Virus record (IMG/VR): IMGVR_UViG_3300021560_000037
Coordinates: 1-37,581 of that record
Length of the DNA: 37,581 bases
Reading direction: 5' to 3' (one strand)
From: a virus
The translations under genes and the position numbers were made by a program. Below, one piece after another: positions 25,908-32,787 of the stretch (position 1 is the first letter of the stretch; each line of letters opens with the position of its first letter). The notes below the pieces were generated by a model, which worked only from the letters and a program-made list of their open reading frames with translations, was not told where the DNA came from and made no database searches.

Positions 25908-25929
25908 TTTGCACCCCCGTTTGCACCCC
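25908..25929 (+). repeat. Tandem TTTGCACCCC x2: candidate integrase arm-type sites (other attP arm)
   Basis: tttgcacccccgtttgcacccc, same orientation as 25665-25687. Confidence 0.6.
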
Positions 25930-25934
25930 GAGCC

Positions 25935-26945
25935 TTACTCTGATCCCACCGCGGCTGCCTCGTCCTCAGAGAGGTACCCGAGGTAAATCTCGGTCGTCTT
26001 GACGCTGCTATGACCGAGATGGCGGGACAGCGAATAGATACCCATACCCGCCTGCAGCGCGCGGATGGCGAACCCATGCCGCAGATCATGGATGCGAAAC
26101 CGGCGAAAGCTCGGATCCTCATCGGCCAGCCGCTTGACGATCGCGGCCGCCTGGCTGGCGAAGTTATGGTAGATGTCGCCGCCCGAGTGCTGGAAGACCG
26201 GACCCGTCAGCGGGGCATCCGCCAGCACCGTCGAGGCGTCGCCGCCGGGTGTCGTCATGTCGAGTGTCCGCGGCCGGTTGGTCTTCGTCCGTGTCAAAAG
26301 GATCTTGTTTCTGACACGGTCGATCTGCTGTCCCTCGAGCTGCACAGCTTCCTCTTCGCGCATTCCGGTCTGATCGAGCAGCGTCAAGATGCGTGCCAGC
26401 GCTGGCGGGGCTACAGCGATCAGCCGAGCGACGTCGCGCGAATCAGGAGGCTGGATGGGGTCGCGACGCTCGCGCAACAGCGAGCGATCGTAAGCCTGCA
26501 CCGGATTGTCGTCGCGGTGGCCCCACTGGACGCAGCACGCCATGAGGCGCGACAACGCCGTCAGGTCACGGCGGATCGTGGCGTTGGTGGCAGTGCGGCC
26601 GCGCATGCTGGCGTATTCGGAGAGCGTTCTGATGGTGATCGTGTCGACCGCCATATCGCCCAAGGTGCCAACAACCTGGCGCATCGACGACAGATACCGC
26701 TCGGCGACGTTGGGCTTTACGTTCTTGGGCAGCCACTCTTGCGCCCAACGCACAGTTACCGCTTTAAGCGTGGGGCAATCGGGATCACCGACGGCGGCGC
26801 GTTCGAGCTTTTCGCGCCATGCTTTGAGCCGCTTCTTCGCCTCTTTAATGTCACCTGTTCGAAGAGTTCGCCAATATTCTCGTCCGGCAATACGTAGACG
26901 TCCGTGGTAGTCCTGACCGCGTTTTTTAAGGTATCCGTCTGACAT
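25935..26945 (-). CDS. int: Tyrosine integrase
   Basis: 336 aa; ...RIHDLRHGFAIRAL... and ...LGHSSVKTTEIYLGY (R..HxxR..Y catalytic pattern); adjacent to tRNA-derived attP. Confidence 0.9.
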   Translation of the reverse strand: MSDGYLKKRGQDYHGRLRIAGREYWRTLRTGDIKEAKKRLKAWREKLERAAVGDPDCPTLKAVTVRWAQEWLPKNVKPNVAERYLSSMRQVVGTLGDMAVDTITIRTLSEYASMRGRTATNATIRRDLTALSRLMACCVQWGHRDDNPVQAYDRSLLRERRDPIQPPDSRDVARLIAVAPPALARILTLLDQTGMREEEAVQLEGQQIDRVRNKILLTRTKTNRPRTLDMTTPGGDASTVLADAPLTGPVFQHSGGDIYHNFASQAAAIVKRLADEDPSFRRFRIHDLRHGFAIRALQAGMGIYSLSRHLGHSSVKTTEIYLGYLSEDEAAAVGSE

Positions 26946-27130
26946 GCCGCCACCCTCTCTCGCTGGCGTATCCAGGCTTTGATCTGTACTGGGTCAAAGG
27001 TCCACACGCCATCAAACTTTGCCGCGCCGGGTATCTTGCCGGCGGCCGCCATCTCCTGGACCTTGCGCAACGACAGCGACGTAACGCGGGCAACCTCGGC
27101 GGGGCGAATCCGGGGGACGAGGTCGATCAT
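26756..27130 (-). CDS. xis: Excisionase-type (HTH_17/AlpA-like) DNA-binding protein; recognisable domain in 26945-27130, ORF runs on 190 nt into int
   Basis: MIDLVPRIRPAEVARVTSLSLRKVQEMAAAGKIPGAAKFDGVWTFDPVQIKAWI; ATGA overlap with upstream gene; immediately upstream of int. Confidence 0.65.
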   Translation of the reverse strand: MIDLVPRIRPAEVARVTSLSLRKVQEMAAAGKIPGAAKFDGVWTFDPVQIKAWIRQRERVAACQTDTLKNAVRTTTDVYVLPDENIGELFEQVTLKRRRSGSKHGAKSSNAPPSVIPIAPRLKR

Positions 27131-27444
27131 TGTTTGCGCACTCCCCCATTCAGGCCATTCAATTCATCGCGTATAACCGCTCGCAGTCGCGCTCGACGCC
27201 GCTTTTTAAAAGCCTTGTCGGCCGCAGCAATTGCTTGGGAAAACGACGAGGTGGCGGCCGGAGGGGTAAGGATCGGTGGACGCAGCGCCTCCTCCAGTTG
27301 CGCCAATGCAGATTGGTCAAAAACGATAGACCGTCCTGTCTTAATTGGTCGGATTTCGGGATGCTCGGCCAACCGACGGCGCACTGTCCACACGCTGGTG
27401 CGCAACCGGTCGGCAACTTCCTCAATCGTCAGATGTCGTTCCAT
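27127..27444 (-). CDS. Second HTH_17-type DNA-binding protein (105 aa)
   Basis: Internal ATG of track ORF 27127..27729: MERHLTIEEVADRLRTSVWTVRRRLAEHPEIRPIKTGRSIVFDQSAL. Confidence 0.6.
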   Translation of the reverse strand: MERHLTIEEVADRLRTSVWTVRRRLAEHPEIRPIKTGRSIVFDQSALAQLEEALRPPILTPPAATSSFSQAIAAADKAFKKRRRARLRAVIRDELNGLNGGVRKQ

Positions 27445-27790
27445 GGGCGGGGGCCTCCCATTGGCGAATCGTTGTTGTGTAGCAGCGGGCGTGGTGCTCG
27501 GGGCAGTAGGGGCTGTCGGGCACGGTGCGCTCGAGGCACCATTGCGGGTGCCGGGGATCCTTGTTGGCGATAAAACGGCACTCGAAGGGGCTCGGCCACG
27601 GCGCCGGCGGCGGGACGATCGGCTCCGGCTCGGACGGCCGCGGCTTGCGTGGCACGGCGAGCCCGTAGCGAAAGCGGGCTCCAGCGACCGCACCTTTACT
27701 GATCCCGAGCCGCTCGGCGATCTCCGCATTCGAGCGGCCGAGGGTGGCCATCTTGCGCAGGTATGTGACGAGCGGGTCGCTCCAGATCAT
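27422..27790 (-). CDS. GcrA-like cell-cycle regulator homologue (122 aa)
   Basis: MIWSDPLVTYLRKMATLGRSNAEIAERLGISKGAVAGARFRYGL (GcrA N-domain) and CRFIANKDPRHPQWCLERTVPDSPYCPEHHARCY (GcrA C-domain pattern C.WPiGDP...FC......PYC..H....Y). Confidence 0.75.
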   Translation of the reverse strand: MIWSDPLVTYLRKMATLGRSNAEIAERLGISKGAVAGARFRYGLAVPRKPRPSEPEPIVPPPAPWPSPFECRFIANKDPRHPQWCLERTVPDSPYCPEHHARCYTTTIRQWEAPAHGTTSDD

Positions 27791-28112
27791 ACGAATGCTT
27801 TCGGAGGCAGAGGAATGCCAAGCCTCTGTGGACGCCACCAATGCAGGCAATTAGGGTGGATGTTGATGTGGTCGGATGAAGGGAGATGCAGCTGCATCGC
27901 CGCTTCATCGTCGGCGAAAAACAACCGAGCGATCCCATTTCTGCCCAATTCGGGACGCGGTTCGCGCGCGAGACGCTGACGTGATCCCAGCCTTCGCCCC
28001 ACGAGGCGATGACCCGCAATGTCCGCTGATCGATGCAGCTCGGGATATTCCAGGCCCCGCCATCGCTGCCGAGGGTCAGGCAGTATTGGCGAATCGGCGC
28101 AAGATCTCTCAT
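27787..28112 (-). pseudogene. Conserved prophage protein split by a 1-nt frameshift (or sequencing error) at a G-run
   Basis: N-part MRDLAPIRQY...ASWGEGWDHVSVSRANRVPNWAEM in one frame, C-part IARLFFADDEAAMQLHLPSSDHINIHPNCLHWWRP in the -1 frame (track ORF 27787..28002); junction at CCC 27934-27936; C-part stop overlaps gcrA-like ATG. Confidence 0.6.
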
Positions 28113-28143
28113 CCGCTCCTCGCCTGGATGTAGCTGCTGCTGC

Positions 28144-28572
28144 TCATGCCGCGATCGCCTCGCCGCCGGTATGCGCGAGCAGATCGTCGAGGGCGATCCC
28201 GAGGTCGTCGGCAATGACCCGGAACGCCGCGTCATAAAACGCCTGCGCCTCGTCCTGGCTCATGCTGTCGAACGCGGTCGATTCCGGCACGAGCACGCGC
28301 CGGCCATCGATGAGGCGCACGACGTCGACATGGCCGGTGGCGACTTTTAACGCGGTATGCAACTGCTCAGCGGTGTTCCATTTTCCCGTTGCTTCGACGA
28401 CGCGATTGAGAATGGTCCAGTACAGTGAATTTTGCGCGATCGAGCGCTTGCGCAGCAGCTTGATGGCGATGCGTTGGCCATCCTCAATTTTAGCGAGCGC
28501 GTCGGCGGCTTCGCGACTGACCGCTCGGAGCGCGTTGCCGCGCTTTTCCATGATCAGCGGGTCGTGGTGCAT
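28144..28572 (-). CDS. NinB/Orf- or DUF1367-like phage protein (142 aa)
   Basis: ...RKRSIAQNSLYWTILNRVVEATGKW.. and ..ESTAFDSMSQDEAQAFY.. resemble the RSxxQN..W / sTs.m..ef pattern of lambda NinB-type proteins; AGGA SD. Confidence 0.4.
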   Translation of the reverse strand: MHHDPLIMEKRGNALRAVSREAADALAKIEDGQRIAIKLLRKRSIAQNSLYWTILNRVVEATGKWNTAEQLHTALKVATGHVDVVRLIDGRRVLVPESTAFDSMSQDEAQAFYDAAFRVIADDLGIALDDLLAHTGGEAIAA

Positions 28573-28580
28573 CTTACGGT

Positions 28581-29025
28581 CCTAACCTTGCCTTGCCATG
28601 CCCTGCTCCGCCGAGCCCGACCCGGCCCCGTCCCGCCCTGCGTAGCCACGCCTCACCCAGTCCTGCCGCTCCCGGCCGAACCGAACCATGCCCAGACCGA
28701 CCCAACATAGCCTTGCCGGGCCCCGCCATGCCTCGTCCTAGCCGACATCACCACGCCATACCGGAGCCCACATGGCCTCGCCACACATCGCCAGTCCTCG
28801 CCATACATCGCCACACCAAACCCCGCCCGACCAAACCGTGCTGCGCCTGTGCTCACCGGGCCATGCCGGACCTTGCCTGGCTGCGCCTGTGCTCACCGGG
28901 CCATGCCGGACCTTGCCTTGCCGCGCCCAGCCAGCCCCGCCCCATCTGGCCATGCCCCTGCCTGACCGAGCCGAACCTTGCCCACCCCTACCGCGCGCTG
29001 CCAAATCGTGCCGCGCCACACCGAG
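28581..29025. repeat. Array of 89 in-register degenerate pentanucleotide units, CCNNR on plus strand (YNNGG on the transcribed minus strand)
   Basis: Hand count: pos1 C 80/89, pos2 C 77/89, pos5 purine 79/89, no indel over 445 nt; about 48% C vs 23% G on plus strand; fills the gap between stop 29027 and the SD of the 28572 gene. Confidence 0.9.
28841..28920. repeat. 40-bp tandem duplication inside the pentamer array (39/40 identical)
   Basis: ctgcgcctgtgctcaccgggccatgccggaccttgcct[g/t]g twice in a row. Confidence 0.95.
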
Positions 29026-29026
29026 T

Positions 29027-29623
29027 TCATTCCGCTGCTTGCATCAGCTTTTGCTGCAATACGGCCCAGGAGGTGGCTTGGAACCGACCAAACGCCCCGC
29101 CTTTCTCCGGCCGGTAGTCGAGCAGACCAAGCTTGCGGCCGCCCTCCTGGATCAGTTGGTGAACGGTCGTCGGGTCGATCATCTCGTCATCGACCTCAAG
29201 CGTAAACTCGATGTTCCAGAGATTAAGGCGCGGCCGGTGACGCATCACCCGTCCCTTGGTCGATGGAATGACAACGGCGCGACTGTCGACCTCAAATTCT
29301 GTAAGAGGGTTTCCTTCAATATCGCGCAGCACGATCTGATCCTCGAGTACGAGGACCGCTGCGGGCATGATGTACTTTAGTGATTTGCGCGAGCCCCGCT
29401 GTTTGTGGGCGGCGCCGGCTTCGCGGAGCATGCGAGCAATGGCGCTTCCCGGCAGGAACAGGTGACCATCTGCGGTCCGATACGCGACTTTCTCTGCAGC
29501 CTCGCGCGGGTCGATACGCTGAATGTGCACTTTGCGGGTGGTTTGTTCGAGCTCGACCTCTTCATCAAACCGGTGCATCAAAAGCGGTGTCAGTCCCTGA
29601 CATACGCAGATGAAGGTCTTCAT
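29027..29623 (-). CDS. Hypothetical protein (198 aa) with RAMP/Cas7-like motif pattern (tentative)
   Basis: AGGAGG SD; MKTFICVCQGLTPLLMHRF..., LFLPGSAIARMLREAG, ...DYRPEKGGAFGRF; stop codon abuts the pentamer array. Confidence 0.7.
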   Translation of the reverse strand: MKTFICVCQGLTPLLMHRFDEEVELEQTTRKVHIQRIDPREAAEKVAYRTADGHLFLPGSAIARMLREAGAAHKQRGSRKSLKYIMPAAVLVLEDQIVLRDIEGNPLTEFEVDSRAVVIPSTKGRVMRHRPRLNLWNIEFTLEVDDEMIDPTTVHQLIQEGGRKLGLLDYRPEKGGAFGRFQATSWAVLQQKLMQAAE

Positions 29624-29638
29624 TGTTTTGCCTCCTGG

Positions 29639-29836
29639 TTAATCCTCTCCCCGGCGCTCATTGGCATGCATCCGGACGACCTGCGCGCCTAGCCGCCGGA
29701 GGTCGGCCAGCACCTCCTCGGCGACCTTCTCGGCGACCCGACGGGTGTTGAGGGCGGTATTTGTCGGCCGCCCGATCAACACCTCCTCGAGCTTATCCTC
29801 GATCAGCCGGCGCAGGAGATCGCTTTCATCGGTCAT
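29639..29836 (-). CDS. Hypothetical helical protein (65 aa)
   Basis: Track ORF in the early operon; start codon lies inside a 21-bp perfect palindrome. Confidence 0.5.
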   Translation of the reverse strand: MTDESDLLRRLIEDKLEEVLIGRPTNTALNTRRVAEKVAEEVLADLRRLGAQVVRMHANERRGED

Positions 29837-29873
29837 CGGCGCACTGCGCCGATGGCATGTTCGCTTCGCTCAC

Positions 29874-30053
29874 TCACTGCGCTGCCATAAGTTTGCGCCG
29901 GACCTCCCTTGCCCGTCCGACCAGTCCCTCACGTTTGGCCCGCTCTTTTGGGTCTGAGCGGCACAACTCATCGGCAATGCCCTGGTGATGCCGCTCCCAC
30001 CATTTCAACGCCTCCTCGGTCACAGCAATGTCGTCCGCTGTCAGTTGTTCCAT
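29874..30053 (-). CDS. Hypothetical protein (59 aa; below track cutoff)
   Basis: Hand translation MEQLTADDIAVTEEALKWWERHHQGIADELCRSDPKERAKREGLVGRAREVRRKLMAAQ; no clear SD. Confidence 0.4.
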   Translation of the reverse strand: MEQLTADDIAVTEEALKWWERHHQGIADELCRSDPKERAKREGLVGRAREVRRKLMAAQ

Positions 30054-30084
30054 TGTTGCATGCTTATCCGGTTATTACCCATCG

Positions 30085-30462
30085 CTACCGCCCCTTGATT
30101 TTGCGGTTGGGCGTGACCCCAGCGGCAGCGCCCGCGATGAACATGCCGCGTCCCCAGCCAATAGGGCCGTTCAGTTTCGTCGTCAGCTTTGGCTCTGGCG
30201 CGTTGTGAAAAGTCGTCCCTGGCTTCCAATTCTCGGTTGCTGTTCGACTTTTTACGTCCTCACCTTTAAGCATAGCGTCGATTTTTGCCCCCTCGGCTGC
30301 CGTCAGTTGCTTGTGACCGCTACGCCGAGAAATATGACCGTCAGACTTCACCCAAAAGGCGAAGCGTCGCCGCTCGTGCGAAACGTCGAGCCAAGGCAAG
30401 TGCTCAACTTCGACCTTTTGAGCGATTGTGAGGTCTTCGTAATCGACGTAGGGCATCAACAT
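30085..30462 (-). CDS. Hypothetical protein (125 aa)
   Basis: ACGGAG SD; locally lower GC. Confidence 0.55.
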   Translation of the reverse strand: MLMPYVDYEDLTIAQKVEVEHLPWLDVSHERRRFAFWVKSDGHISRRSGHKQLTAAEGAKIDAMLKGEDVKSRTATENWKPGTTFHNAPEPKLTTKLNGPIGWGRGMFIAGAAAGVTPNRKIKGR

Positions 30463-30516
30463 CTAGCTCCGTTGGGCATTAACCGGATAAGCATGCATTG
30501 TTGCCTCCCTCGCGTT

Positions 30517-31389
30517 TTATTGCGCCGCCATGAAATCGGGCAGCCGCTCGCGCATCTGCGCGATGTTGAGCTCCAGCTTCTTGTGCACGCCGGGATGCTC
30601 GTTCTGGCAGTCGTTGAGCAGCGCATCGTTCTCCAGCAGCCACGCCTCGCCGTCGGCGCGGGTCTGCGCCTGGCCGAGCGCCAGTGCAACCGCGCGCCCC
30701 CAGCTGATCCAGTCGTTGTTGTCGTTGGCGGTGCGGCCGACCGCAATCTCGTGCGGTGAGAGCTCGCCCGTCTCGGGATCGTAGATTTCGGCCGGCGGTG
30801 GTGGCGGCGGCAGCGGTTTGATCGGCGGGTTACCAGTAGACGAGCGGCCAGGGGAGGCGGCCGTGGATGTAGCAGCCGGCGCCTTCCCGACAGGCGCGGC
30901 AGCCTCTAAAGGGCGCGCCGCGGGGATCGTCTCGAGCTCGCTCTCATCGAGCATGCCGAGCCCGCACAGCGACAGGGTGGCGCGGCGCTTCGCTTTGGTT
31001 TCCGCCTTCATGATCGCATTGGCCAACGCCTCGCCCTTGAGATTGGCGATCGGCACAGCGCCTTTGGCCATATCGGTGCGACCGTCCTTATCCTTGACCT
31101 TGCAGGTCACGATAAAGACGCCGTCGCGTTCCGTCTCGGTCATGTCCTCGACCGAAACACCGCGGTTGGTGCGCAGCTGATCGGTGCAGCCGCGCAGCGC
31201 ATAAAGCACCATCTTGCCGTTCAGTGTGATGTAGGCAAAAGGCTGGGTCATCGGGTTGAGCCCGACCGAGCGGCAGACCTCGACGTAATAGCGCGTGCGA
31301 TCCTCGGCCGAGAGCGCCTGCAGATTGCCGGCAGTGATCACCTGCTCGATGATGTTGCCGGGCTCGAGGGGTGCGGGGGAATGTGCCAT
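30517..31389 (-). CDS. recT: RecT/Bet-type single-strand annealing protein
   Basis: Start at ATG 31389 (track ORF extends upstream); ...GEALANAIMKAETKAKRRATLSLCGLGMLDESE...; directly downstream of the exonuclease gene. Confidence 0.8.
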   Translation of the reverse strand: MAHSPAPLEPGNIIEQVITAGNLQALSAEDRTRYYVEVCRSVGLNPMTQPFAYITLNGKMVLYALRGCTDQLRTNRGVSVEDMTETERDGVFIVTCKVKDKDGRTDMAKGAVPIANLKGEALANAIMKAETKAKRRATLSLCGLGMLDESELETIPAARPLEAAAPVGKAPAATSTAASPGRSSTGNPPIKPLPPPPPPAEIYDPETGELSPHEIAVGRTANDNNDWISWGRAVALALGQAQTRADGEAWLLENDALLNDCQNEHPGVHKKLELNIAQMRERLPDFMAAQ

Positions 31390-31391
31390 GA

Positions 31392-32183
31392 TTACTTGCT
31401 TTCCTTGATGGTGATGCTGCCCGCCTTTGAGCGGCTGGCGCAGATACCGTGGCCAAAGGCGCGGGCGACATCGTCCTCGAGCATTGATTTGATGCCCTTG
31501 ACGGCCCCGTCGAAACACATCTTCGCCGCCTTGTTCTCGAGCCAGATCGCGGCAAAATCCGCCCAGCTATTATTCCCGCGCATATCAACGACGCGCACCG
31601 CATTGATCCGCGGCGCCTTGATCTCACCGATTGCCACCGGCGGCTCGAGGTTCTCGACGCAGGCCCAGAACCACCCGATCCGGTCCCACACCGCCGCCTC
31701 GTAATCCTCATCCCAGATGATCTCGAATTCGGCCGGCTCATCGCCACCGTGCACAATCAGCAGCGCGGCGCGTTCAGCGCCCGTGCACGCCTTCTGAACG
31801 ACCAGCTGGCCCGGGTAGTAGCCGAGGACGTTCTCCAGCGCGTTCCAGCGCCCCGGCGCCTTACAGTCGATGACCGAGGCATCGTCTTCGCGGAAGCAAT
31901 CGATCGTCGCGCCGATATAGCCGCAGGGATGGACGACCCATTCCTGCCGGCGGCTGAGCGGCCGGCCGGTCTTGCGCTGGTGCCAGTCGAGAGCGAACGG
32001 CTCGATGTACGATCCGAACATCGGCAGCCATTCGGCAGACAGATCCTCCTCGATATAATCCGGGTGCTCGACAAGCCGCATCCACTCCCGGCGGATGGCG
32101 TCGGCATTGCCGGCCATCAGTGAGGGGATAAAGCTGGCGCCGATCTTGCCGTGGCGCAGGGCTTTTTGTTCAGCGGTCAGCAT
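31392..32183 (-). CDS. YqaJ/lambda-Exo-type recombination exonuclease
   Basis: Start at ATG 32183 (track ORF extends upstream); PD-(D/E)XK-like ...GATIDCFREDDASVIDCKAP...; paired with recT. Confidence 0.75.
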   Translation of the reverse strand: MLTAEQKALRHGKIGASFIPSLMAGNADAIRREWMRLVEHPDYIEEDLSAEWLPMFGSYIEPFALDWHQRKTGRPLSRRQEWVVHPCGYIGATIDCFREDDASVIDCKAPGRWNALENVLGYYPGQLVVQKACTGAERAALLIVHGGDEPAEFEIIWDEDYEAAVWDRIGWFWACVENLEPPVAIGEIKAPRINAVRVVDMRGNNSWADFAAIWLENKAAKMCFDGAVKGIKSMLEDDVARAFGHGICASRSKAGSITIKESK

Positions 32184-32458
32184 GGCGGTAGATCCTCGAT
32201 CTCGATCGGGTCGACGGTGATGGTTTCGTATCCAGTGCCGTCGCAGCAGCCGCAGACGCCGTCGTACCAATTGCGCCCCGTGCCGTCGCAGGCATCGCAG
32301 AAGACGACGCGCTCGTTGTCGTCGCTGGCCTCGATAAACCATTGCGGCACGCGACCGTCGTAGTGCTCGGCTAGTTCGCGCAGGGTCGGCGGCCGGTCCA
32401 TCGCTGCGCCCGAGGCGCAATCGAGATCGCGCTGCTGCATATCAGTGTACGTGGCCAT
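32177..32458 (-). CDS. Small DnaJ-type zinc-finger protein (93 aa)
   Basis: CDACDGTG ... CGCCDGTG = two CxxCxGxG motifs. Confidence 0.6.
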   Translation of the reverse strand: MATYTDMQQRDLDCASGAAMDRPPTLRELAEHYDGRVPQWFIEASDDNERVVFCDACDGTGRNWYDGVCGCCDGTGYETITVDPIEIEDLPPC

Positions 32459-32787
32459 CAGCGTGACTCCTGAACATAAGCGATAATTGCATCAAACAGC
32501 GCGCCGCGAAAATCAGCGGCCCGATCGATGCGGGCATATTTTTCATCGTCCCATTCCCGAACGGCCATCTCGTGTTGCATCTCGGTGAGCAGATCGGTCA
32601 GCCGAAAAAACGCACTCACGCTGGCGTGAGCACGGTCAATAACCGATTGAGGAATTGGGCCCGTTTCCGCCTCGATAGCCCCATCCACAAGGCGCGTCAG
32701 ATTATTGCAAGCAACCCCGCTTGACGGCGCGGCCGGGTTGGTATGGACTTGGTCGTCAAGGGAGGTTTGAATATGCGTCGCAAGCAT
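32458..32787 (-). CDS. Hypothetical protein (109 aa), first gene of the early leftward operon
   Basis: GGAGAT SD; candidate promoter about 20 nt upstream. Confidence 0.55.
   Translation of the reverse strand: MLATHIQTSLDDQVHTNPAAPSSGVACNNLTRLVDGAIEAETGPIPQSVIDRAHASVSAFFRLTDLLTEMQHEMAVREWDDEKYARIDRAADFRGALFDAIIAYVQESR

Noticed and set aside
27134-27979. 281-aa plus-strand ORF across the xis/HTH/gcrA-like region
   Set aside because: It is antisense to three minus-strand genes with recognisable domains and translational coupling, so it is a composition artefact.
28581-29025. CRISPR array, or a phase-variable microsatellite
   Set aside because: There are no 25-40-bp conserved repeats alternating with unique spacers. 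The units are degenerate, with only 3 of 5 positions constrained, so this is not a slippage-type perfect pentanucleotide repeat.
28593-29380. Long ORFs on both strands across the pentamer array (28593..29117 +, 28772..29380 +, 28738..29019 -, 28653..28856 -) as Pro-rich or Gly/Trp/Arg-rich repeat proteins
   Set aside because: The periodicity is 5 nt, not 15 nt with distinct sub-positions. All frames look equivalent and stop-poor purely from the CCNNR composition. None has a credible start or SD, and two plus-strand ones run antisense into the 198-aa gene.
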